Both the position numbers and the translations under genes were made by a program. A stretch of DNA of 64,000 nucleotides from Sulfurimonadaceae bacterium (GTDB lineage Bacteria; Campylobacterota; Campylobacteria; Campylobacterales; Sulfurimonadaceae), in assembly GCA_041571435.1 (NCBI GenBank), contig JBFFUI010000008.1, positions 1-64,000 of the forward strand, in the 5' to 3' direction. The notes beneath the pieces were generated by a model. The model made no database searches, was not told the origin of the DNA, and saw only the letters and a program-made list of their open reading frames with translations. Positions 8,872 through 18,877 of the stretch are shown here, one piece after another. The first letter of the stretch is position 1, and every line of letters begins with the position of its first letter.

Positions 8872-10050
8872 CTAGTGGCAGCCACATCCTGTTCCGCAGC
8901 TTTCGCCGCCGGAAGCCGGTTGCGTTTCTTGTTTCGGTGTAGCACCTGTTGAACACGCAGATACGCCCGGAGGTGTCGTCGGTTGGATCGATTGGTTGTC
9001 TACACCGCCCTCTTCGTTGATCTTCTCGATCGTTGCCCAGATCGATTCAGCGGCTATCATAAAGCGTTTCGCTGTCTCAGATTCCGGCGCGAAGTAGGTA
9101 ACCGGTTTACCGGCATCGCCACCGCTACGGACAGCGGGTTCGATAGGGATCTCCGCGATCACTTTTGTATCAAACTCTTCTGCCATCGGCTGTGTCGTAC
9201 CTTTGCCGAAGATGTCATACTCAACACCGGTATCCGGCGCGATAAAGCCTGACATATTCTCAACGATACCCGCGATAGGGATGTTCAGTTTTTTGAACAT
9301 ATCTAGTGAACGGCGGGAGTCATCCAGAGAGACAGTCTGCGGTGTAGTAACCGTAACACCAGCAGTAACCGGTACGGACTGTGCAAGCGTAAGCTGTGCG
9401 TCACCCGTTCCTGGAGGCATATCGATAACTAGACAGTCGAGTTCAGACCAGAGGATGTCACGCAGGAACTGCTCGATCGCTTTCATGATCATTGAACCGC
9501 GCCAGATCAGTGACTGACCCTCTTCCATCAATGAACCCATTGACATCATCTCTACACCGTAGGCCTGGATAGGAAGAACTTTGTTACCGTTGACTTCCGG
9601 TTTGACATTCTCTACACCCATCATACGAGGGACGTTCGGCCCGTAGATATCGGCATCGAGAAGACCAACCTTCTTACCCTGCATTGCAAGGGCGATAGCC
9701 AGGTTGACAGATGTCGTTGATTTACCGACCCCGCCTTTACCCGAGCTGACCATGATAAAGTTCTTGACCTGCGGTGCGATATTTTTACCCTTTGAAGAGC
9801 TCTCGCGAGGCATCTTAGGCGCTTGAATGTTAACTGCAACATCTGCTGCACCTTCACGTTTAAGGGCTTCCGTCGCTTCGACAGTAATCTGATGTGCCAC
9901 TTCCGGTGCACTTGATGTGATCTCGACAGTGAAACTGACGTCTTCACCGTTTACTTGAATATCTTTAACAAAACCGAATGTAACGATATCTTTGCTGAAA
10001 CCCGGGTAGATAACAGTTGCTAAAGCTGATTTTACTTTTTCTTCAGTCAT
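8872..10050 (-). CDS. mrp: Mrp/ApbC (NBP35-family) Fe-S cluster carrier ATPase
   Basis: N-terminal DUF59-like domain, SGKGGVGKST, DADIYGP, DMPPGTGD, ENMS, and a Cys-rich C-terminal tail. Confidence 0.95.
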   Translation of the reverse strand: MTEEKVKSALATVIYPGFSKDIVTFGFVKDIQVNGEDVSFTVEITSSAPEVAHQITVEATEALKREGAADVAVNIQAPKMPRESSSKGKNIAPQVKNFIMVSSGKGGVGKSTTSVNLAIALAMQGKKVGLLDADIYGPNVPRMMGVENVKPEVNGNKVLPIQAYGVEMMSMGSLMEEGQSLIWRGSMIMKAIEQFLRDILWSELDCLVIDMPPGTGDAQLTLAQSVPVTAGVTVTTPQTVSLDDSRRSLDMFKKLNIPIAGIVENMSGFIAPDTGVEYDIFGKGTTQPMAEEFDTKVIAEIPIEPAVRSGGDAGKPVTYFAPESETAKRFMIAAESIWATIEKINEEGGVDNQSIQPTTPPGVSACSTGATPKQETQPASGGESCGTGCGCH

Positions 10051-10163
10051 AAATTCTCCTATAGATTTTTTACTATTAAAATTCTAGCGCAATACAATTA
10101 AGATAAATATTGTCTTATTTAAAAGCGGACTTCTTTTAAGTTCACTTTTACATAGCGCAAGTG

Positions 10164-11546
<1,383 letters not shown>

Positions 11547-11769
11547 CTATTCTCCTGTGATGGCAGCAACGACATCGTCGCAACTTACCATCAAATAATA
11601 ATCGTAATATAGTCGGTAAGACTGAAATAGCCTCACTACTCTATAAGTAAGGCAAAAAGTTTCAACTCTACTTAATTTTGCAATACTCTTTATTTTAGCG
11701 ATGACATTATAATCTAGCGTTCCTCTATATAAGATATAACCATCTTCACCCTTTTTCCTCTCAATTATG

Positions 11770-11840
11770 AGTTACAAATTGTTACTAATATAAAAACCAA
11801 AAGATAAAAGAAAGCTTTTGACGTGTATAATTTCGTAACA
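11770..11840. promoter_or_regulatory. Cluster of HP1021/CemR-box-like heptamers around the ispDF-cemR promoter
   Basis: AGTTACA at 11770, TGTTACT at 11780 and CGTAACA at 11834 flank a TG-TATAAT-like -10 at about 11826-11831. The reported HP1021 box is TGTT(A/T)C(A/T). Confidence 0.5.
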
Positions 11841-11863
11841 GTTTCTAAGGAACAGGAGTCTTT

Positions 11864-12985
11864 TTGTCTGAAATAACGCTTATCTTGTTAGCTGCTGGGA
11901 GTTCCAGTCGCTTTGGACTGCCTGTTAAGAAGCAGTGGCTCCGTATAGACCATGATCCCTTGTGGCTATTTGTCGCAAATCAATTCCAACAAACTGCGTT
12001 ATTTAGTAACATCATCGTCACTGCACATAAAGAAGAGGTGCCTTTTATGGAAGGGTTCTGCGACTATAAAGTCGTAGAAGGCGGTGAGACACGTCAGCAG
12101 TCACTGAAGAATGCACTTGAAACGGTCACGACGCCCTATGTGCTTGTCAGTGATATCGCTCGCGCCTGTATCGACAAAGCGTTGATAGAGACGCTGATCG
12201 ATGCCAAAAAAGTTGCCGATGTGCTTGTTCCGGCTCTGAGTGTGCAAGACACCGTCGTCTATGACAGCAGTACCATTGACCGCGATCTTGTCAAACGCAT
12301 TCAGACACCGCAGCTCTCAAAGACAGCCGTCTTGAAAAAAGCGCTTCAGACCGATACCGAGTTCACGGATGAAAGTTCGGCTGTTATAGCGAACGGCGGG
12401 TCACGCTACTTCATCGAGGGCTCCGAAGATGCCCACAAAATAACCTTCGCCCATGATCTGACAAAACTTCCGTGTATCAAAGCGCCCTCCTCTTCAACAC
12501 TTGTCGGAAGCGGTTTTGATGTACACGCTTTTGAAGCCGGGCGAGAGATGGTGCTTGGCGGGGTCAAAATCGATACTGATTATGGTTTTAAAGCCCACAG
12601 TGACGGCGATGTCGCTATTCATGCCCTTATTGATGCCCTGTTAGGCGCCGCCGGACTGGGCGACATCGGCATGCTCTTTCCGGACAGTGACGACACCTAC
12701 AAAGGCATCGATTCAAAAGAGCTTCTCCGTACGACCGTGCTTCGACTACACCAGTTTGGGCTTATTGTGGTCAATGCTGACATTACCATCGCCGCAGAGG
12801 CACCTAAACTCAGTAAATATAAAAACGAGATGCGAACAACCTTGGCGCAGATTTTGCAGGTACCGACTTCGCGTATGAATGTCAAAGCGACAACAACAGA
12901 AAAACTTGGCTTTATAGGCCGTAAAGAAGGCGTCGGCGTTATGGCCAGCGCGACATTAAACTACTATGATTGGACACAGAAATAA
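11864..12985 (+). CDS. ispDF: Bifunctional IspD/IspF (MEP pathway)
   Basis: LAAGSSSRF...KKQW (IspD) fused to GFDVHAF...HSDGDVAIHA (IspF). TTG start after AGGAG. Confidence 0.95.
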   Translation: MSEITLILLAAGSSSRFGLPVKKQWLRIDHDPLWLFVANQFQQTALFSNIIVTAHKEEVPFMEGFCDYKVVEGGETRQQSLKNALETVTTPYVLVSDIARACIDKALIETLIDAKKVADVLVPALSVQDTVVYDSSTIDRDLVKRIQTPQLSKTAVLKKALQTDTEFTDESSAVIANGGSRYFIEGSEDAHKITFAHDLTKLPCIKAPSSSTLVGSGFDVHAFEAGREMVLGGVKIDTDYGFKAHSDGDVAIHALIDALLGAAGLGDIGMLFPDSDDTYKGIDSKELLRTTVLRLHQFGLIVVNADITIAAEAPKLSKYKNEMRTTLAQILQVPTSRMNVKATTTEKLGFIGRKEGVGVMASATLNYYDWTQK

Positions 12986-13876
12986 ATGCGTATATTAATT
13001 ATTGAAAATGAGATCTATTTGGCACAGAGTATCGCTGCAAAACTGAGCGAACTGGGTCACACTTGCGACATGAGTTCATCGACGCAAGACGCACTTAAGC
13101 GTATCCCTTACGATGTCATTCTCCTTTCAACAAACATCAATGACCAGGACATCTACCCTGTCATCGATGCCTATAAAGATGCCGTTGTCATATTGATGGT
13201 CTCTTACATCTCCAATGACACTGTCTCGAAGCCGTTAAGTGCGGGTGCCAAAGATTACATCTTGAAGCCGTTTATGATCGAAGAGCTTATCCGCAAGATC
13301 GAACATTTCCAGGACTATGAGCGCCTTAAACGCCAGAATGCCACCTACCAGCGTTATCTAAAGCATGTTTTCAACGGCATCAACATTGACGAAAACCTTG
13401 AAGATATTGAGGTCCCTATCTTTATCTCCAGCAACTTTCAAAAATACACCGATGCTTTTGCTTTCTCCTACGCTGAGATCCACAATAAGACTCTCCATTT
13501 CGTCTCACTGGCGAACAGCGACGCCTTCAGTGAGATCGAAAAACTTTCTGCAAGCACTTTGATCTACGCCAATGATTTTCAAGCCGTCAAAAAAGCGGAT
13601 AAAAAAGCATTTTTTGAGCTGATCGAAGGGCGCGAAGCGATCATTTCAAGTACCGACAGTATCGATGAGGATATGGATTACACTGTAGTTGAGATAAAAA
13701 GTGACAACAACGTCTTTGAACAGGGCGATATTCTCCCTATCGAAGACTATGTCAAATATATTGTGTTAAATTATCAACACAAGTTCCCTGATACTGAGCT
13801 CTCCAAGAAGCTAGGGATATCTCGTAAAAGTCTCTGGGAGAAAAGAAAAAAATATGGCATCATCAAGAAAAAATAA
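12986..13876 (+). CDS. cemR: Atypical response regulator, HP1021/Cj1608 (CemR) orthologue
   Basis: Receiver domain with Ser at the phospho-Asp position (DVILLSTNI) and a C-terminal Fis-type HTH (ELSKKLGISRKSLWEK). Lies directly after ispDF, as HP1021 and Cj1608 do. Confidence 0.85.
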   Translation: MRILIIENEIYLAQSIAAKLSELGHTCDMSSSTQDALKRIPYDVILLSTNINDQDIYPVIDAYKDAVVILMVSYISNDTVSKPLSAGAKDYILKPFMIEELIRKIEHFQDYERLKRQNATYQRYLKHVFNGINIDENLEDIEVPIFISSNFQKYTDAFAFSYAEIHNKTLHFVSLANSDAFSEIEKLSASTLIYANDFQAVKKADKKAFFELIEGREAIISSTDSIDEDMDYTVVEIKSDNNVFEQGDILPIEDYVKYIVLNYQHKFPDTELSKKLGISRKSLWEKRKKYGIIKKK

Positions 13877-15044
13877 CACCCTCTATATTGATCAGGAAGC
13901 CCTCTCCGCACTTGCTTTATTAAAAGCGGGTCTGCTCTACCCCGTCACCTCCCTAATGAACAAAAAGCAGACGATGGACGTCCTGGAGACAGGCACGTAC
14001 AACAAGAAGATATTCCCTTTCCCTCTCATCCTGGCACCAAGCGGCAAGATAAACGAAGAGGTTCTAGCCGAGGCTGAGACCGGTGACAGACTCACCCTTG
14101 TCTCTGAAGATGTGGAGGTCGGCCACCTTATCGTCGAAGAGGTCTTTGAGATCAACCCGAAAGAGCGTGTCCGCCAGATCTACGGAACAGACAACCTTGA
14201 ACATCCCGGTGTCAAAGCGACCTATTCGAGGCTGGGTAATACGGCCGTTAGCGGTGATTTCGAGATCGACCTTTCGACGATAACGCAGCGCAAAAAAGAT
14301 ATCGAAACAGCCAAACAGCGTATAGGCGCACAGCATGTCACCGCTATTATGATGGGGGCCAACCCTCTGCACCGTGCACATGAACGACTTATCCGTCAGG
14401 CTTTGGATAAAACTGACCTTGTTGTCATCTTTTTACTAAAGCCCTTTAACAGTACCGATCTGCAGTTTGATCTGCGCAGCGAAACACTGACCTATTTTGT
14501 GCAGAACTTTTTACCGACAAACCGCGTTATCGTCGTACCATTGGAGAACAGCTACATCTTTGCCGGCTATAACGAAGTGATCATCGATTCTATTGTTGCC
14601 AAAAACTTTGGGTGCAATCGCTTGACAATCGGTCAGAACCATGCCGGTGTCGGTATGTACTATGATCAGAATACAAACAAATCGATCATTGACAAATTGA
14701 CAGGACTCGACATTGAAGTCGATATCGCTTCTGAATATGTCTACTGCAATGTCTGCAAGACACTTGTCAGTACCAAAACCTGCCCGCATGGTCAGCACCA
14801 CCATATCTCATATCATTCAGACTCTATCCTTGAACTCATCAAACTGGGTCTCTTGCCACCTGCGGTCTTGATGCGAAAAGAGATCGCAGCCATCATACTG
14901 TCACATCTCTTTCCGGATCGTTTTAAAAACCTTGAGAAGCTCTACTACGACATCATGCCGGTAACCGGTCTACTCGAAGAGCATACCGAGAAAGATTTTT
15001 ATATAGAGTTGATGAAGCTCTATCAGACCACCTCTCTAACGTAA
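13854..15044 (+). CDS. Sulfate adenylyltransferase-like protein (Cj1609-like, degenerate active site)
   Basis: ATP-sulfurylase layout with NPLHRAHE, GQNHAGVG and the Zn motif CNVC...CPH; the canonical QTRN and GRDHAG motifs are altered. Confidence 0.8.
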   Translation: MASSRKNNTLYIDQEALSALALLKAGLLYPVTSLMNKKQTMDVLETGTYNKKIFPFPLILAPSGKINEEVLAEAETGDRLTLVSEDVEVGHLIVEEVFEINPKERVRQIYGTDNLEHPGVKATYSRLGNTAVSGDFEIDLSTITQRKKDIETAKQRIGAQHVTAIMMGANPLHRAHERLIRQALDKTDLVVIFLLKPFNSTDLQFDLRSETLTYFVQNFLPTNRVIVVPLENSYIFAGYNEVIIDSIVAKNFGCNRLTIGQNHAGVGMYYDQNTNKSIIDKLTGLDIEVDIASEYVYCNVCKTLVSTKTCPHGQHHHISYHSDSILELIKLGLLPPAVLMRKEIAAIILSHLFPDRFKNLEKLYYDIMPVTGLLEEHTEKDFYIELMKLYQTTSLT

Positions 15045-15108
15045 TTGCCGTCAAGAGAGCAGAAGCTGATTTTCACATAGTGAACTGCTTGCACCATAAA
15101 GGACAATA

Positions 15109-15624
15109 ATGAATTGGTTTTTTCTCACTGTATTTTACAGCGGTCTTGCACCTAAAGCTCCGGGAACCGTAGGGACCATAGTCGCACTGCCTATAGGGGT
15201 AGTGATCTTGGCCTACTTAGGTCCGCAGACACTTTTTTTAGCGGCATTGCTGTTGACGCTCGCCGGCGTTAAAGCGGTCAACAAGTATCAGGAGAGCTCA
15301 AATACACACGATGACGGACGTATCGTAATCGATGAGCTGGTCGGAATGTGGTTGGCACTCTCTATAGCGCCGGGTATCTATACACCGTTGGACGAACTGC
15401 TTGTACTTGAAAACGGTATGCTGATCCAAATCGTTTTAAGTTTTGGCCTATTTCGCTATTTTGACATCAAAAAGCCCTCTATCATCGGCCGTATAGACCG
15501 TGAAGCACCGGGCGGCTACGGCGTAATGTTCGACGATGTCCTAGCAGGTATCGCAGCAGGTATACTAACGGCTATTATTTGGCAAGGTATTTTGGTCTCA
15601 GGCGTGATCGAGTATCTCAAATAA
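15109..15624 (+). CDS. pgpA: Phosphatidylglycerophosphatase A
   Basis: APKAPGT.GT, IVIDELVG, FRYFDI.KP and GVMFDDVLAG motifs. Confidence 0.95.
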   Translation: MNWFFLTVFYSGLAPKAPGTVGTIVALPIGVVILAYLGPQTLFLAALLLTLAGVKAVNKYQESSNTHDDGRIVIDELVGMWLALSIAPGIYTPLDELLVLENGMLIQIVLSFGLFRYFDIKKPSIIGRIDREAPGGYGVMFDDVLAGIAAGILTAIIWQGILVSGVIEYLK

Positions 15625-15661
15625 GCTGTGACGCTGCTTCACCTCTCTTCTTTATAACACT

Positions 15662-16996
15662 TTAGTTGGCCGCGTTTCCGGCCACGTTGAGCGGATCCCA
15701 TGTTTTGGAGATCGGCGGGGCATAGCAAAAGTCCATCATCCCAAGCTCTTCCGTCGTCATCTTCGCTTTTATCGCCATAGCAATGACATCGATACGGAGT
15801 GCCGCACCTTTTTTGCCCAGGATCTCGCCCCCTACTATCACTCTGCTCTCTGCTTCATAGACAAGTTTGATGTAGATGTCTTGTTGATTCTTGTAGAACG
15901 CTGACTGATCTTTATCTTTGACAAAAACAGTCTTGCATGCCAGCCCCATCTTGGTGGCATCACTCTCATTGATCCCGGTAATCGCTGCTTCCAAATCCAT
16001 CACTTTAACACAGGCTGAGCCCAATGAGCCTGGGTACCATGCATGACCGCCGGCCATGTTCTCTCCCGCAACACGTCCGAGTTTGTTCGCACCGGTAGCC
16101 AGAGGAATGTAGACATCATCTTTTTTGACAATATGCGGTACAGTGGCACAATCGCCTGCGGCATAGACATCTTTTAGAGTTGTCTCGGCTCTCCCGTTAA
16201 TGACAATAGCACCGTTTTCCAAGGTCTTGATACCCGTGTTTAAGACAAACTCCGTATTGGGTTTAAAGCCGGTAGCAATAACGACCAAGTCTGTTTCATA
16301 ATTGTTTTTATCCGTCACGACACGCTGCACTGTTGTCTCACCTTCAAAACCTTTTACACCTTCATTCAAGACCAGTTCAACGTCGTGTCCAAGCAACTCT
16401 TCATGCATCATATCCGTTATGCGTTCATCAAATATACGGTTGAAGACACGCGGCCCCCTTTGGATCAAACGCACCTTTTTACCCAGGTTTTTCATCGCTT
16501 CGACCACTTCGATCCCGATAAAACCGCCGCCGATAATAGTGACATCTTTTACCGTATCACTCTGTACAAGCGCTTTGAGTCTTTTACCGTCATCCAACTT
16601 GGTCAAGGTAAAAATATTTTCCAATCCTATATTATCAAAAGGCGGTTTAATGACATTTGCCCCTGTTGCGATCATCAATTTGTCGTAGTGGTGTGTCGTC
16701 ACATTTGAACTGCGCAAATCTTTGACCTGCACCGTTTTATCGTCTGCTGATACCGAGAGGACCTGATGTGCTGTCTGTACATCGATACCCGCATCACGCA
16801 TCTGTTCAACCGATCGCGCCAACATGGTATGTTCATCCTGAAAAAAATCACCTACATAATAGGGAAGACCGCAAGCCCCGAAAGAGACGATCTCACCCAT
16901 CTCATAGACTGTTATCTCAGCATCTTTTGCAAATCGTCTCGCTTTTGCCGCTGCACTCATCCCTGCGGCGATACCGCCAACAATAATAATTTTCAT
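15662..16996 (-). CDS. cdr: CoA-disulfide reductase / NADH oxidase family flavoprotein (no rhodanese domain)
   Basis: GGIAAGMSAA FAD motif, redox Cys in SFGACGLPY, GGGFIG NADH motif, YIPLAT and C-terminal YAPP. Confidence 0.85.
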   Translation of the reverse strand: MKIIIVGGIAAGMSAAAKARRFAKDAEITVYEMGEIVSFGACGLPYYVGDFFQDEHTMLARSVEQMRDAGIDVQTAHQVLSVSADDKTVQVKDLRSSNVTTHHYDKLMIATGANVIKPPFDNIGLENIFTLTKLDDGKRLKALVQSDTVKDVTIIGGGFIGIEVVEAMKNLGKKVRLIQRGPRVFNRIFDERITDMMHEELLGHDVELVLNEGVKGFEGETTVQRVVTDKNNYETDLVVIATGFKPNTEFVLNTGIKTLENGAIVINGRAETTLKDVYAAGDCATVPHIVKKDDVYIPLATGANKLGRVAGENMAGGHAWYPGSLGSACVKVMDLEAAITGINESDATKMGLACKTVFVKDKDQSAFYKNQQDIYIKLVYEAESRVIVGGEILGKKGAALRIDVIAMAIKAKMTTEELGMMDFCYAPPISKTWDPLNVAGNAAN

Positions 16997-17183
16997 AATA
17001 TCGTTACCCTTTTATACTCTATATGTCCTATTATAATACAAAACGTACATAGATTGACGCTGTTAATAGCAGACGGTGGTCTGATCAGAAATAGTTTAAT
17101 GTACTAATGGGTGAATAATTATCTGTGTGTTATGTTGAAGATGGGGAAAAAGGAGGGTTGACGTGCGGAAATCTGATCGTAGC

Positions 17184-17438
17184 TTAGAGATTAAGCTTCC
17201 AGAAGTCGTTGAGTTCCGAACGCAAGCGTTCAAGAACCTGTTCACGTGTTTCGGTGTTGTCAAAAGCAAGCATTTTAGCCAATTCAGATGCACTGAGGCG
17301 CTCTGTATAATGCTTTTCGACGTACTTCATCGCTTTTGCATTGAACTTTTTGGCGATCGAAAGTGATAGTTCTTTGTCAAATGCGATGGTATCTGGGTGT
17401 TCATTGTTGATTAATACTAAATATCCAATAGGTCTCAT
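17184..17438 (-). CDS. Hypothetical 84-aa protein with an AraC-HTH-like segment
   Basis: ATG ORF with its own TAAGAT -10-like site upstream. AMKYVEKHYTERLSASELAKML resembles the first helices of AraC DNA-binding domains. Confidence 0.55.
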   Translation of the reverse strand: MRPIGYLVLINNEHPDTIAFDKELSLSIAKKFNAKAMKYVEKHYTERLSASELAKMLAFDNTETREQVLERLRSELNDFWKLNL

Positions 17439-17584
17439 AAACGTAATCTTAGCAAAAAAAAGTGCATTTGGCTAGAGGTAAAGGAAAATTTGTGCTAATT
17501 TTTGCTAATGATGCCAGAAATATGAGACTCAGACATCTATAATTACTTCTAATAATAGCTGTTTGTCTGAAAAAAGGATGATGA

Positions 17585-18097
17585 TCAGATCATCATCGGA
17601 TCAAAAGTCGGCTCGATCTCTTCGTAGTCTGCAACAATCTGGTCAAACATTTTCTGTGTCTTTTTGGCCTTCGCAATCTGGGCGTCAAAAATCTTTCTCG
17701 ATGACGGGAACGCGTCAGCTAGTTCCGTATAGATCATTATACGCCCGTTAAGGTGCTTGTTGAATTCTGTAAATGCTTTACTGAGAAATTCACGTTTTGT
17801 CGTATGACGGAAAAGCGCTTTGAGCATCTTGTCGCGCTCTTTAATAGGGATCGACTCGTCGATGCCGTCAGCAACACGTTTAAGATCGATACGTGAAAGA
17901 TAGACACCGCTCTGACTCGGTGCAAGCAGCTTCTCCTGCAGTTCATCTACAAAAGCCGGATACGGCTCTTCATCGACTGCATCACCACGGTCCGGGTTCT
18001 CTTCAGTGTCACAGCTTCCGTCTTCACTGATCTCACATTTGTCGCGTACAAACTTGTCAAATTCTGCTCTTAGTTCGTCCATGTTGCCATTGATCAT
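17585..18097 (-). CDS. Hypothetical acidic helical protein, last gene of the psr-like operon
   Basis: AAGGA RBS, 12-nt gap to the upstream gene, and coding-like composition. Confidence 0.75.
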   Translation of the reverse strand: MINGNMDELRAEFDKFVRDKCEISEDGSCDTEENPDRGDAVDEEPYPAFVDELQEKLLAPSQSGVYLSRIDLKRVADGIDESIPIKERDKMLKALFRHTTKREFLSKAFTEFNKHLNGRIMIYTELADAFPSSRKIFDAQIAKAKKTQKMFDQIVADYEEIEPTFDPMMI

Positions 18098-18109
18098 TAT
18101 TATTTCCTT

Positions 18110-18868
18110 CTAATTATTTTTTATAAAATTGTAAGCGTTTTTTGTCAAACGCTCCAGTTGTGCCTCATAGCCTATATATTCGACATCGAGTTCATTCGCA
18201 CGCTGACGAAGTGCAGAGATCTGCTTCGCATTTTTAAGGTCAATACAAATTGGCGGCAGCTTTGCCACCTTTGCCAATGAGCTGATCGTCGAGGCGTCAA
18301 TAACAGCGTCATAGTCACTCAGATCGCATGCATCTGTCAAACGGTTGATATCGATCGATACACTCTCATTCATGGCCATCAATGACTCGACATATTCATG
18401 ATAATAGAAAAGAGTATGCTCTCTCTGTGTCAATGCTATCGCCTTTGCCAATGCCCCTGCACCGATTACAGCGATCTTTCTCGCCTGTTTTTCATCAAGC
18501 AGTTCAAAAAGAGATTGTATCGCAATAAAATCGCCGATAAGCTTTTTATCTTTCACTAAAACCACATCACATGCGCCGCACGCTTTGGAAAGTTCACTTT
18601 GAATGTCTACGATCTCAGCGGCATCTTTTTGATACTCGGCGCCGATGAAAGCACCGCTTAACTGAGCATCACGCATGTTGGAGAGTGTAAAGTAGAAATC
18701 GTCTTCGCGAATGTTCATCGGGATCATCATCGCATCATCACCCGCAGCTTTGAAAAGACGGTTTACACTCACGGACAGACGGTTTTGCTGCGCCTCTTCG
18801 GCAATAAAACCGAACAGTTTGGTCTGACGGCCGATCTGGTTGGATTCGTTCATACTGTCAACACTCAT
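18110..18868 (-). CDS. Shikimate dehydrogenase (AroE)-fold protein with degenerate catalytic motifs
   Basis: TKLFGFI start and GAGALAKAI Rossmann motif are kept. HSxSP, NVTxPxK, GAVNT and NTD are replaced. AGGAG RBS abuts the ferredoxin stop. Confidence 0.75.
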   Translation of the reverse strand: MSVDSMNESNQIGRQTKLFGFIAEEAQQNRLSVSVNRLFKAAGDDAMMIPMNIREDDFYFTLSNMRDAQLSGAFIGAEYQKDAAEIVDIQSELSKACGACDVVLVKDKKLIGDFIAIQSLFELLDEKQARKIAVIGAGALAKAIALTQREHTLFYYHEYVESLMAMNESVSIDINRLTDACDLSDYDAVIDASTISSLAKVAKLPPICIDLKNAKQISALRQRANELDVEYIGYEAQLERLTKNAYNFIKNN

Positions 18869-18877
18869 ACCATCTCC

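Noticed and set aside
18110-18868. Calling this gene aroE
   Set aside because: Shikimate-binding and catalytic motifs are all substituted, so no symbol was given.
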